This document shows positions 39,308 through 48,215 of a DNA stretch of 64,000 nt, piece by piece (the first letter of the stretch is position 1; every line of letters begins with the position of its first letter). A program made the translations under genes and the position numbers. Source of the stretch: a virus. Where the stretch lies: positions 1 through 64,000 of the IMG/VR virus record IMGVR_UViG_3300014293_000001; one strand, given 5' to 3'. The notes under the pieces were generated by a model. It was not told the origin of the DNA. It saw only the letters and a program-made list of their open reading frames with translations, and made no database searches.

Positions 39308-39756
39308 TAATAGCACCAGAAGAAAATATAGTAAGATTATTACGACAAATGAAAGACCAAGGTTTTACTGATTTTGTTATATTAGATGGAAATCTCCACA
39401 TTTTTGGCGACGGTATTGATGGAAAGATTATGTATTTGCCTAAAACAATCATGACTACCTTATGTACATTTTTATTGTCGCATAGACCACCGTATTCTAT
39501 ATCTAAAATTATTGCGGATATTGAACATGATTATGTTGGTCCAGATAAAGGATTTCAGTGGTTTGATTGTGTTCATAAACCAAATAAGCTTCGTTTCCGT
39601 GAAAGTAAACTTGGCGAAATGGTATTTACATTAAATGGTATTGTACGTTGTAACAAAGGCGATAAAATCATCATTGGTGTTAATGGTGAGCAATACCCAT
39701 GTGATAAAGAAATTTTTAAATTATTATATGACGAGGTGGAAAATGCAAGTAATTAA
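39304..39756 (+). CDS. hypothetical protein
   Basis: ATGA overlap; 150 aa. Confidence 0.6.
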   Translation: MIIAPEENIVRLLRQMKDQGFTDFVILDGNLHIFGDGIDGKIMYLPKTIMTTLCTFLLSHRPPYSISKIIADIEHDYVGPDKGFQWFDCVHKPNKLRFRESKLGEMVFTLNGIVRCNKGDKIIIGVNGEQYPCDKEIFKLLYDEVENASN

Positions 39757-42700
39757 ACGTGATGGAACAACCGAAGAATATTTAGGTCAAAAAATTGAGC
39801 GTGCAGTAGAAAAGGCAATGTTTGCAACATATCTTGTTATGGAGCCAACTATGTTAGCAGAACCATTCCAAGTGTCGTTATATGTATGGGATATTATTAA
39901 AGACGCAAAAGAACCTATATCTATTAAACAATTAGAAAATATTATTTTTCGTAAATTAACTGATGATGGTTATACTGATGCCGCTGTTAATTATATTGAA
40001 TACAAAACAAAACGTGATATGGAACGTAGTAAACATAAATTAACTCAAGAATTCTTGGACAAATATCCTGATTACCCTGATTGTATGGACGAGTTAGCTA
40101 AATTTGTGTATATTCGTACATATTCTCGTTGGTTGCCAGATAAAAATCGTCGTGAAACATGGAAAGAAACGTGTGCTCGTGCTATTAATGGTAATTGTTC
40201 TTATTTGCCTACGGCAGACGGTGAACCAGAAGCATTGTTTGATAATATGTTTAATTTACGACAACGTATTTCTGGTCGTATGTTATGGATGGGTGGTACT
40301 GAAGCATTGGAAAAAACACCATTAGCGGCGTATAATTGTTCTGGTATTACGATGGATAGTATTCATGCATTTCATGAATTATTTTATTTGTTAATGGTAG
40401 GTACTGGTGTTGGTTGTCGTGTATTGAAAGAAGATATTGCAAAATTACCTCAGTTTGATACAACTAAAAAGTTATATCACGTTAAAACTCCTGTTCCTAA
40501 AGGTACAACATTAGAGCATACAAAAGTATCTAACTATGGTCATAGTGTTATCATTACAGTAGGTGATAGTAAAGAAGGTTGGTGTGAAGCATTAACTGCA
40601 TATCTTACTACTATGACGGATAATGTAACTACATCTATTTCTATTGATTACAGTTATATTAGACCTCAAGGTGCACCACTTAAAACATTCGGTGGTTATG
40701 CAAGTGGCTATGCATCTTTAAAAGAAATGTTTGAAAAGCTTCATAAAATTATTGTCAAAGAAAGCACCGATGGTAAATTACGTCCATTGAATGTTGCCGA
40801 TATGTGTAATATTGTTGGGCAAAATGTAGTTGCAGGTGGTACACGCAGAACAGCAGAACTTATCCTATTTAGTCCTGATGATGAAGAAATGCTACACGCT
40901 AAGGAAAACCTAGACCCAGAACATTACTTCCGTTATATGTCTAATAACTCTATGTATTTAGAAGAAAAGCCTTCTAAAGAAGGTTTACGTAAGTTAATGA
41001 TGTCTATTAAAGAAACAGGAGAACCGGGTTTTATTAATGTTGCTTCTGCTAAAAAGCGTCGTGAAGATTTTGATATATGTAATCCATGTGTAACTGGTAC
41101 TACAGAAATCTTAACTAAAGAGTATGGTTATATTCAAATTAAAGACGTTGTTGACGAAGATGTAACAGTATGGAATGGTTATGATTGGAGCCCTGTAACA
41201 CCTAGAGTAACTGGTTATGACCAACCTATGATGAGAATTCAATTTTCTAATGGTAATGAATTAGAATGTACTAATTACCATAAATTTGTGATGCAAGATG
41301 GTTCTCGCATTGAAGCTCGTGAATTATGTATTGGCGACAAATTAGAAAGATGGGAATTCCCTGTAGTTGAAGCAGATGAACGTGCTATGGGTATCTATTA
41401 TGCAGAAGATTATGACCCATATATTCACGGATATTATGCTGGTGATGGTATACAAAATAAACCTTTGATTTACTTATATGGTGAAAAACGTAAATTAGTA
41501 GATGTATTCAGCAATTCATCTGGATGTACGATTAGTGAAGGGTTAGAACGTGATACAGTATTATTGCCTAAACAACTATCTAAATATCTTGTACCAGATG
41601 TTGGGGACGCAGTATATCATAGATTGCGTTACTTAGCTGGTCTACTTGATAGTACTGGATGCGTACATTTCAGTGAAGGCTCTGTTGCTATTCCATCTAT
41701 TGATAAAGAATTCCTTATTAAGATTTCTCGTCTGTTAAATACACTAGGTTGTCATGCTTCTATTCATTTAATGCATGAAGGTGGTTATCGTAAAGTGCCA
41801 GTTGAAGGTGGTCCTGATGATAGTCAAGTATATTATTGCCGACCTACATATAAATTAATTATTCCCGCTTGGTATGTTAGACGTTTAATTAATTTGGGTT
41901 TGTCAACTCATTATATTCATTTAGATGCTTATCCAAATAGTAATGATAGCCAAGCTATTTATATCACATCTATTGAATATATTAGAAATTGTCCAACAGT
42001 ATATTGTTTTACTGAAAATAAAAATCATACTGGTATTTTTAATGGTGTTATGACTGGACAATGTGCTGAAATTTTATTACCATCTAAAGCAGTATGCAAC
42101 CTTACTAATATCAACGTATCTAAGTTTATTGATGAACGTGGTAATGTAATGATACCTCAGCTTAAAGAAGCATGTAAATTATCTGCTCGTGCTTGTTATC
42201 GTTTAACTGAACCTGAATTAGAATTAGAAGGTTGGAGTGATATTCACCATAGAGACCGTTTAATTGGTTGCTCTATTACAGGTTGGCAAGATGCTGTAGC
42301 TGGTAATTTAACGAAAGAAGAACAAGAAGCATTACTTGTATTAATGAAAATGTGGATTAACGATGCGGCTAATAAATACGCAGATGAAAACCATCGTCCT
42401 CACCCTGTATTGTATACAACAGTACAACCAGATGGTACAGGTGGATTAATTAGTAGTTGTTCTGCTGGTGTTCATTATAATCATGCTCCATATTATTTCA
42501 GACGTGTACGTATTTCAACCAATTCTCCATTATACCAAGCTGTTAAATATTTAGATGGCTGGCAAATTGATAATGAAGTTGGTCAAGGTGATGATGGTAA
42601 TACAAAAGTAATTACATTCCCTTGTAAATCTAAATCTACAATTACAAAATATAATGTATCAGCTATTGAACAATTAGAACAATATAAGATGATGCAAACA

Positions 42701-43012
42701 TGTTACGTGGACCATAATACATCAATTACTGTTACAGTAAAAGACAATGAATGGGACGATGTAATAGATTGGTTAGATAAAAATTGGGATTGTGTAGTAG
42801 GTATTTCATTCTTGTCTCTAAATCAAGATTACTATCCGTTAATGCCTTATGAAGAATGCACTAAAGAACAGTACTTAGAATTAAAATCTAAAATGTCTCC
42901 ACTTGACCCAGAATTAGTCAATAAATATGAATTTGAACTACAAACTGTAGGTAAAGATTTTGAAATTGATGAAAGTGGAGAATGTGAAGATGGTCATTGC
43001 CCAGTGCGGTAG
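39743..43012 (+). CDS. ribonucleotide reductase, class II-like (B12-dependent, RTPR-like), intein-containing
   Basis: ATG 39743 follows GAGGTGG; the track start 39635 is an upstream extension. N-terminal VIKRDG (ATP-cone-like). The finger-loop motif NP|C..AEI is split by an intein. C-terminal C-x4-C tail (CEDGHC). Confidence 0.75.
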   Translation: MQVIKRDGTTEEYLGQKIERAVEKAMFATYLVMEPTMLAEPFQVSLYVWDIIKDAKEPISIKQLENIIFRKLTDDGYTDAAVNYIEYKTKRDMERSKHKLTQEFLDKYPDYPDCMDELAKFVYIRTYSRWLPDKNRRETWKETCARAINGNCSYLPTADGEPEALFDNMFNLRQRISGRMLWMGGTEALEKTPLAAYNCSGITMDSIHAFHELFYLLMVGTGVGCRVLKEDIAKLPQFDTTKKLYHVKTPVPKGTTLEHTKVSNYGHSVIITVGDSKEGWCEALTAYLTTMTDNVTTSISIDYSYIRPQGAPLKTFGGYASGYASLKEMFEKLHKIIVKESTDGKLRPLNVADMCNIVGQNVVAGGTRRTAELILFSPDDEEMLHAKENLDPEHYFRYMSNNSMYLEEKPSKEGLRKLMMSIKETGEPGFINVASAKKRREDFDICNPCVTGTTEILTKEYGYIQIKDVVDEDVTVWNGYDWSPVTPRVTGYDQPMMRIQFSNGNELECTNYHKFVMQDGSRIEARELCIGDKLERWEFPVVEADERAMGIYYAEDYDPYIHGYYAGDGIQNKPLIYLYGEKRKLVDVFSNSSGCTISEGLERDTVLLPKQLSKYLVPDVGDAVYHRLRYLAGLLDSTGCVHFSEGSVAIPSIDKEFLIKISRLLNTLGCHASIHLMHEGGYRKVPVEGGPDDSQVYYCRPTYKLIIPAWYVRRLINLGLSTHYIHLDAYPNSNDSQAIYITSIEYIRNCPTVYCFTENKNHTGIFNGVMTGQCAEILLPSKAVCNLTNINVSKFIDERGNVMIPQLKEACKLSARACYRLTEPELELEGWSDIHHRDRLIGCSITGWQDAVAGNLTKEEQEALLVLMKMWINDAANKYADENHRPHPVLYTTVQPDGTGGLISSCSAGVHYNHAPYYFRRVRISTNSPLYQAVKYLDGWQIDNEVGQGDDGNTKVITFPCKSKSTITKYNVSAIEQLEQYKMMQTCYVDHNTSITVTVKDNEWDDVIDWLDKNWDCVVGISFLSLNQDYYPLMPYEECTKEQYLELKSKMSPLDPELVNKYEFELQTVGKDFEIDESGECEDGHCPVR
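41087..42061 (+). mobile_element. intein (325 aa) with LAGLIDADG homing-endonuclease domain
   Basis: Starts CVTGTTEIL directly after Asn-Pro. Contains TNYH (block B) and the LAGLIDADG-like motifs HGYYAGDG and YLAGLLDSTG. Ends VYCFTENKNHTGIFNGVMTGQ, followed by extein CAEI. Confidence 0.8.
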
Positions 43013-43023
43013 CCATGCTCAGC

Positions 43024-43059
43024 GAGGGGTTGACAGCCGACCCCTCTTTGTGCTATCAT
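43024..43059 (+). promoter_or_regulatory. hairpin plus sigma70-type promoter with extended -10
   Basis: GAGGGG (43024-29) pairs with CCCCTC (43041-46) across a loop that contains the -35 TTGACA (43030-35). An 18-nt spacer then leads to TGcTATCAT (43051-59). Confidence 0.6.
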
Positions 43060-43080
43060 AGAAGCATGGAAGGAGGATAT

Positions 43081-43542
43081 ATGATTATTTATAAAACAGG
43101 AAATATGTTTAATTCTGATGCTAACTATTTTGTAGACCCAGTGAATCTTATGGGTACATCTGGTAAAGGATTAGCACTTGAGGTTAAACGACGATACCCA
43201 CAAGCCGAACGAATTTATCAAGTGATATGTAAATCTGGTCAATTTGATATTGGCGATATTTTACAAACACCAACAGGTGATGATAAATTTATTTTATTTT
43301 TCCCAACTAAAAAACATTGGAAAGACCCATCTGAATATTCGTATATCGAACGTGGTTTAGACTCATTAAAATATCGTTGTCAAGATATACCTAAAAATTC
43401 TATTGTTGCCGTACCACAATTAGGTTGCGGTTTAGGTGGATTAAAATGGGATAAAGTCCATGATTTAATTATCCAAAATCTTAAAGATATTCGTGACGTT
43501 ACATTTTATATATATGGACCAAATGTGGGTGAGAAAAAATGA
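43081..43542 (+). CDS. macro domain (ADP-ribose binding/hydrolase) protein
   Basis: ATG 43081 follows GGAGGA. Motifs GNMF...DPVNLMGTSGKGLA...VPQLGCGLGGL. Confidence 0.65.
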   Translation: MIIYKTGNMFNSDANYFVDPVNLMGTSGKGLALEVKRRYPQAERIYQVICKSGQFDIGDILQTPTGDDKFILFFPTKKHWKDPSEYSYIERGLDSLKYRCQDIPKNSIVAVPQLGCGLGGLKWDKVHDLIIQNLKDIRDVTFYIYGPNVGEKK

Positions 43543-43829
43543 AACACTTATTTAGAGCAAAAGATGAAAATGGTAATTTAGTTTACGGTTCAGTTGTGTA
43601 TGGTCAATCTATACCACAGTATTGGGACGGAGAATTGGATAAAACTTATTTTTTTGTTACTGATATTGAATTTAACGAAAGATGGGAAGTAGTATTTGAC
43701 GAAGATGGATATGCAGATGATGAATATTATCCAAATTGGGACGTAGAAGTTACTGAAATTGATTGGGATACATTAGAATTCAATTTGAATGGACAATGGA
43801 TAAAATATGAGGTGAAAGAATGCAAGTAG
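43539..43829 (+). CDS. YopX-like protein (paralog of 44950..45237)
   Basis: N-terminus MKHLFRAKDENGNLVYGSV resembles the YopX F-R-A-W/K...G..YG signature. Confidence 0.55.
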   Translation: MKHLFRAKDENGNLVYGSVVYGQSIPQYWDGELDKTYFFVTDIEFNERWEVVFDEDGYADDEYYPNWDVEVTEIDWDTLEFNLNGQWIKYEVKECK

Positions 43830-44482
43830 AATTAATAGCTAATACATTATTAGAACTGCCAGTACATGCAATGAGTAAGTGTTATGGTTCTAATACCACA
43901 GAGAAGTCTTTAATTAATGCGTGTAAAGCTGGTCATTTGTCTTTATTGGAACATGCATATGCTACATTCGATATTGAAATGAGCCAAAAATGTTTGGCAC
44001 AAATTACACGTCATAGACAATTATCTTTTACTGTAAAATCTACACGTGGCACAGATTTTAGCGATGGTGGATATTTTGACTCTCATGAACATGATTGGGG
44101 TGATATTCCACATCACACAGTAGTGGCAGATTGTATTAATAAAATTATTGAAAAACAAATTCAAGAATACCAACTACTAATTCAAGATGGTATTCCATAT
44201 CAAATTGCCGCTTATGTGTTACCACTAGCTACAAATGTTACTATGACTGTTACTGGTAATCTTAGAGCGTGGTTAGAGTATTTGCCTAAACGATTGTGTA
44301 AACGTGCTTCTCGTGAACATCAAGCGATTGCTCGTGAAATTTTTAGACAATTAAACAAAGCATATCCAGATTTATTTACATTAGAAATTTTGGGCATGTG
44401 TGAGGGTTGTAAAGAAACATCTTGCGATTTTACATCTCATAAAAAACAACCTAAGACACCTGTAAGAAAGGAACTACAATGA
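43820..44482 (+). CDS. thyX: flavin-dependent thymidylate synthase ThyX
   Basis: ThyX signature ITRHRQLSFTVKSTR (RHR..S....S.R); 220 aa. Confidence 0.85.
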   Translation: MQVELIANTLLELPVHAMSKCYGSNTTEKSLINACKAGHLSLLEHAYATFDIEMSQKCLAQITRHRQLSFTVKSTRGTDFSDGGYFDSHEHDWGDIPHHTVVADCINKIIEKQIQEYQLLIQDGIPYQIAAYVLPLATNVTMTVTGNLRAWLEYLPKRLCKRASREHQAIAREIFRQLNKAYPDLFTLEILGMCEGCKETSCDFTSHKKQPKTPVRKELQ

Positions 44483-44724
44483 ACACATTAATAATTTTAG
44501 TTGTATCAATACTTACATTTTCAGTACTAGTATGTGCTATTTTAGCTAAAGTTTTGTCTGTTCTTACTATCATTGGTGCTGTATGTTGGTTATTAAATTT
44601 ATTTAGTGTAACTGGTACAACAGTTTTATGGTTATTTGTTGGCACCATTGCTTGTGGATTATATATTTTGATTTTGCCAATTCTTATCGCAATAATTGCA
44701 GAATTTGGAGGTAACAATGGATAA
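44479..44724 (+). CDS. small multi-TM membrane protein
   Basis: ATGA overlap; 81 aa, almost entirely hydrophobic. Confidence 0.55.
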   Translation: MNTLIILVVSILTFSVLVCAILAKVLSVLTIIGAVCWLLNLFSVTGTTVLWLFVGTIACGLYILILPILIAIIAEFGGNNG

Positions 44725-44950
44725 AAACGAACAAAATAACTACAAACAAAGATTTATCAATGAATATGTAGAACTTAAAGATAAATATATTAAACTACAT
44801 AAAATGTTAGTTAAATATGATGCTGGTAAATTGGAATTTACACCAACCTGTCCGATTGATTTATTGCGTAAACAAAAATCTTTAATGGGCGAGTATCTTA
44901 ATGTGTTAGAAATTAGAGCCGTTATTGAAGATGTGGAGTTACCAGAATAA
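44717..44950 (+). CDS. hypothetical helical protein
   Basis: ATG 44717 follows GGAGGT; 77 aa. Confidence 0.6.
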   Translation: MDKNEQNNYKQRFINEYVELKDKYIKLHKMLVKYDAGKLEFTPTCPIDLLRKQKSLMGEYLNVLEIRAVIEDVELPE

Positions 44951-45237
44951 TGAAATCACCATTTAGAGCTAAGAAAGATGGTCAATGGATATATGGAACG
45001 GTACATGTAGACCAACAAGGTGTTGCTCATTTCTTATCACCAGCTGCTATACGTAATATCAATGATTACGAACCAAGTGAGTTACAAGGAATGATATTCA
45101 AAATAGAACTTATGTCAGTAGAGTGGGGTACACTTGAAATTAATATTGGTTCTAAATATGTTCCATATGATATTGCGAATCCCAAAAAACGTATTGGAGG
45201 TGGCTTGTTTGAGTTCATACCTTTCCGATTATTTTGA
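44950..45237 (+). CDS. YopX-like protein (paralog of 43539..43829)
   Basis: N-terminus MKSPFRAKKDGQWIYGTV; TAATG overlap. Confidence 0.55.
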   Translation: MKSPFRAKKDGQWIYGTVHVDQQGVAHFLSPAAIRNINDYEPSELQGMIFKIELMSVEWGTLEINIGSKYVPYDIANPKKRIGGGLFEFIPFRLF

Positions 45238-45721
45238 TATTATTAATCAAATCAATCAACATTATAGAACTAATAAACCGATTAAGAATCTCGATTATCT
45301 ATTCAATAAAGCCGAATTTTTACGTTCTTCTTGTATTGAAACAAAGCAAGCACTATATAATATATATAGTGATATAGATAATATTGATGATGATTGTATT
45401 ATGGACGGAATGCCACATGGACGATTAATATTACATGGTGATAAAGTACAGTTTATGTGCAAAGATAATGGGGCTGATGAGTTGAGATGTGAAATATCTA
45501 TGCCAAAATCAGTGAGCGATTTGACATTCGCTGATATGAGTGGTAAAATACAATCAGAAGTTACAGTAGTAGCTTTCATACAGCGTGTTAATACGTTAAT
45601 TAATCGTGAACATGAATACATTCAAAACAGAAAGGGGTATTTACATGAACGATACAGTGAAAAGTCTAAGCGATATAATGCCAGCGAAACCGATGAAATA
45701 CAATGTATCTGTATTCACTAA
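45209..45721 (+). CDS. hypothetical protein
   Basis: Best-supported start is TTG 45209, 8 nt after GGAGG; the track start 45134 lies inside the previous gene. Confidence 0.5.
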   Translation: MSSYLSDYFDIINQINQHYRTNKPIKNLDYLFNKAEFLRSSCIETKQALYNIYSDIDNIDDDCIMDGMPHGRLILHGDKVQFMCKDNGADELRCEISMPKSVSDLTFADMSGKIQSEVTVVAFIQRVNTLINREHEYIQNRKGYLHERYSEKSKRYNASETDEIQCICIH

Positions 45722-45863
45722 TTTGATTGCTACGAAGCAAGAAATATATGCAAGTAAACGTGATTTTTATGCAGAGGCAAATGATGACATAAATATGAGG
45801 TATTACGACGCCAAAGCAGACGCTTGTCGGGAATTACTATATACTATGGAGAAAATATTTTAG
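45645..45863 (+). CDS. hypothetical protein
   Basis: ATG 45645 follows AAAGGGG; 72 aa. Confidence 0.55.
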   Translation: MNDTVKSLSDIMPAKPMKYNVSVFTNLIATKQEIYASKRDFYAEANDDINMRYYDAKADACRELLYTMEKIF

Positions 45864-45912
45864 AAAGGATGATTTTATTAAACAGGTAAGATTATTTATT
45901 ATCACAACGATT

Positions 45913-46194
45913 TTGGCAATGTTGCCACTTATTACATTTGCATATCCAGTTAATGTAGAGCTTACAGCTTATACACATACTGGTTCTGTAATGGCTAACG
46001 GTGAATATCCCTATGTAGGAGCCGTTGCATCTAATGACTATCCTCTTGGAACTACAGTGTATATTGATGGTAATCCTTATACAGTAGCAGATAGAATGGC
46101 AGATGGCGTATATGGGGTTATTGATATTTTTATGGACAGCTATGACGAAGCTGTCAATTTTGGTAGACGATATACCACAGTTTATGTTAATTAA
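45913..46194 (+). CDS. 3D-domain (RlpA-like barrel) protein, probably secreted; true start may be ATT 45877
   Basis: LTAYTHTG...GEYPYVGAVASN..PLGT.VYIDG..YTVADRM is a 3D-domain pattern. The in-frame upstream codons encode a signal-peptide-like KQVRLFIITTILAMLPLITFA. Confidence 0.6.
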   Translation: MAMLPLITFAYPVNVELTAYTHTGSVMANGEYPYVGAVASNDYPLGTTVYIDGNPYTVADRMADGVYGVIDIFMDSYDEAVNFGRRYTTVYVN

Positions 46195-46204
46195 GGAGTA
46201 AAGT

Positions 46205-46495
46205 ATGAACAAAGTAATTCTTGAAGGCGTTATGGCTCGTAATCCTCAAACCAAAGAGGTTGGTTCTGGTAAAGTATGTAACTTTACAGTTAAATGTGTT
46301 GACGAAGTGGAAGTAAAAGGTGAAACAAAACAATTTACATCTTTTGTGAATTGCGTAGCGTGGAATGAATTTTCTGACCAATATGTAAATGCAGTTGAGG
46401 GCGAACCTGTTAGTGTAGAAGGTCGCCTACAAACTCGCTCTTATGAAAAAGATGGTCAAAAACATTACGTAACTGAAGTCAATGTTAATAAATAG
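46205..46495 (+). CDS. ssb: single-stranded DNA-binding protein (OB fold, no acidic tail)
   Basis: MNKVILEGVMARNPQ...GRLQTRSYEKDGQKHYVTEVNV matches the SSB OB-fold pattern. It ends without the usual acidic C-terminal tip. Confidence 0.7.
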   Translation: MNKVILEGVMARNPQTKEVGSGKVCNFTVKCVDEVEVKGETKQFTSFVNCVAWNEFSDQYVNAVEGEPVSVEGRLQTRSYEKDGQKHYVTEVNVNK

Positions 46496-46503
46496 GAGGT
46501 TGT

Positions 46504-46935
46504 ATGAGATTATTTGCAAAAGTATCTTATATGCCTAACGGTGTTTTACCAGAAAGAAAAACAAAACATTCTGCTGGTTACGATTTAGCGGTAGTTGAAG
46601 GTGGGGTTATCCCACCTCATTCTACTAAAATCTTTAATACAGGGATTAAGGCATGTATGGAAGATGATGAGGTATTATTAATTTTTGTGCGTTCATCTAT
46701 TGGTATTAAACGTGGCATTACCTTAGCTAATGGTACAGGTGTAATTGATTCTGATTATTATAATAATGAAGACAACGAAGGTCATATTATGTTAGCATTA
46801 TATAATAATACAGATGAAAATGTAACTATTGATGATGGTGAATATGTAGCACAAGGTGTATTTGTAAATTATTTATGCACTGGTGACACAGTAGTAAAAG
46901 AACGAAAAGGCGGTATTGGTTCTACAAATGGCTAA
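46504..46935 (+). CDS. dut: dUTP diphosphatase (trimeric dUTPase)
   Basis: Motifs AGYDL, RSSIG, GVIDSDY and RKGGIGSTNG. Confidence 0.85.
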   Translation: MRLFAKVSYMPNGVLPERKTKHSAGYDLAVVEGGVIPPHSTKIFNTGIKACMEDDEVLLIFVRSSIGIKRGITLANGTGVIDSDYYNNEDNEGHIMLALYNNTDENVTIDDGEYVAQGVFVNYLCTGDTVVKERKGGIGSTNG

Positions 46936-47443
46936 AGATTACGACCAATGGTATATTGATATTGTAAACACAGCCGAAACGCCTGAGAGAGGAATAATTA
47001 CTGTCCGTAAATTAATGGAGAAACGTGAAGAATGGGAAGATGCTACGGCATATTGTAAAGATAAAAGATGGTTTTATAAAACAGGACAACATAATAAAAA
47101 TAAAGAAAAAATAGAAATGTCTAACCCTAGTGAGTATTTTGATAAACTTTCACGCACAGCTTCTATTAATAAAATTATGCAAGCGGTCAATTCATATGCT
47201 ATGATGTGTGATAAGAAAGCATGGAAATCTTTCTGTAAAAAAGTCTTAGCTGGTGAATACTACGTTAAACAAGGAGCGTATTCTGAACGAAAAACTAAGT
47301 CCATTAAAAATAGTGTGGCTCGTTTACTTCCGAAATTACGTGAATTTATAACTGTTTATGTAGAACATGACCCAACGATTGATGATGATGTAAAGGAGTA
47401 CATTAAGCGTGTTAGCAAGAAAAATAAAAAGTTTAAACGATAG
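46928..47443 (+). CDS. hypothetical protein
   Basis: ATG 46928 overlaps the dut stop; 171 aa. Confidence 0.6.
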   Translation: MAKDYDQWYIDIVNTAETPERGIITVRKLMEKREEWEDATAYCKDKRWFYKTGQHNKNKEKIEMSNPSEYFDKLSRTASINKIMQAVNSYAMMCDKKAWKSFCKKVLAGEYYVKQGAYSERKTKSIKNSVARLLPKLREFITVYVEHDPTIDDDVKEYIKRVSKKNKKFKR

Positions 47444-48215
47444 CTACGAAAAGCATATTATGCAAGTACGTGTAGACGCAGATAAAGGTGCATTAGCCGT
47501 ATTATCTGATGTGCATGAAGGGTTAAATAATCGTAAACAATTACAAGAAGCTGTTAATATGCTTGTTGCATTAGGTCCGAACTGTAAAGTGGTATTAGGT
47601 GGTGATAGTACTAATACTGTCACAAAAAATTCTAAAGGTAATGTACTGGAAGAATGGTGTAGTGGTGATAAACAAGTATATAGTCTTGTAGATGATATTA
47701 GACCACTATATGAAACAGGTCAGCTGATTGGTATTATCGCAGGTAATCATGGTGCACGTGCGTATAATGAAGCCTTTATTAATGTTGAAATGATGATTGC
47801 AAGTTTATTGGGCGACCGAAACTTGTATAAAGGTGAATTTGGTATTGTCTATTTTAATGTAAACAAAAATTGTTACGTTCATCACATCTTACATAAACAC
47901 AAAAAGGCTAAAAATCATTATGATTATTTTAATGCTGATGTAACATGGTATGAACATTTCCATGAACCGTATGCTGTACCTAAATTAGTTATTGAGCATA
48001 ACAAATACGTTAAAAAACCAGTAGCGAAAGAAATTTGGGAATTACATCAAGGTTCATTTCAAGTATATCCTGATTACTGTAAAGCAAGTGGTATTAGACC
48101 TACAGTAGGTGGTTTTTATATTGCTGAAATGAATGGTATTGAACATCAACGTCAAGTCATTCCTTATTTAGACCACCAATTACAATCTCTTATTGAAAGG
48201 GGTTATTCATTATGA
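47409..48215 (+). CDS. calcineurin-like metallophosphoesterase
   Basis: GTG start 10 nt after AAGGAG. Motifs LSDVHEG, GGDSTN and AGNHG. Confidence 0.65.
   Translation: MLARKIKSLNDSYEKHIMQVRVDADKGALAVLSDVHEGLNNRKQLQEAVNMLVALGPNCKVVLGGDSTNTVTKNSKGNVLEEWCSGDKQVYSLVDDIRPLYETGQLIGIIAGNHGARAYNEAFINVEMMIASLLGDRNLYKGEFGIVYFNVNKNCYVHHILHKHKKAKNHYDYFNADVTWYEHFHEPYAVPKLVIEHNKYVKKPVAKEIWELHQGSFQVYPDYCKASGIRPTVGGFYIAEMNGIEHQRQVIPYLDHQLQSLIERGYSL

Noticed and set aside
39635-43080. Long N-terminal extensions proposed by the ORF track (RNR from 39635; macro-domain gene from 42997; also 36425, 37999, 44696, 45134, 45606, 48498, 49959, 50543, 57279, 57497, 59132, 59661, 59961 and 60718)
   Set aside because: In each case an internal ATG or TTG with a properly spaced SD gives a start that removes the overlap with the upstream gene, or removes implausible leader sequence. 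Coordinates in the feature list use those internal starts.
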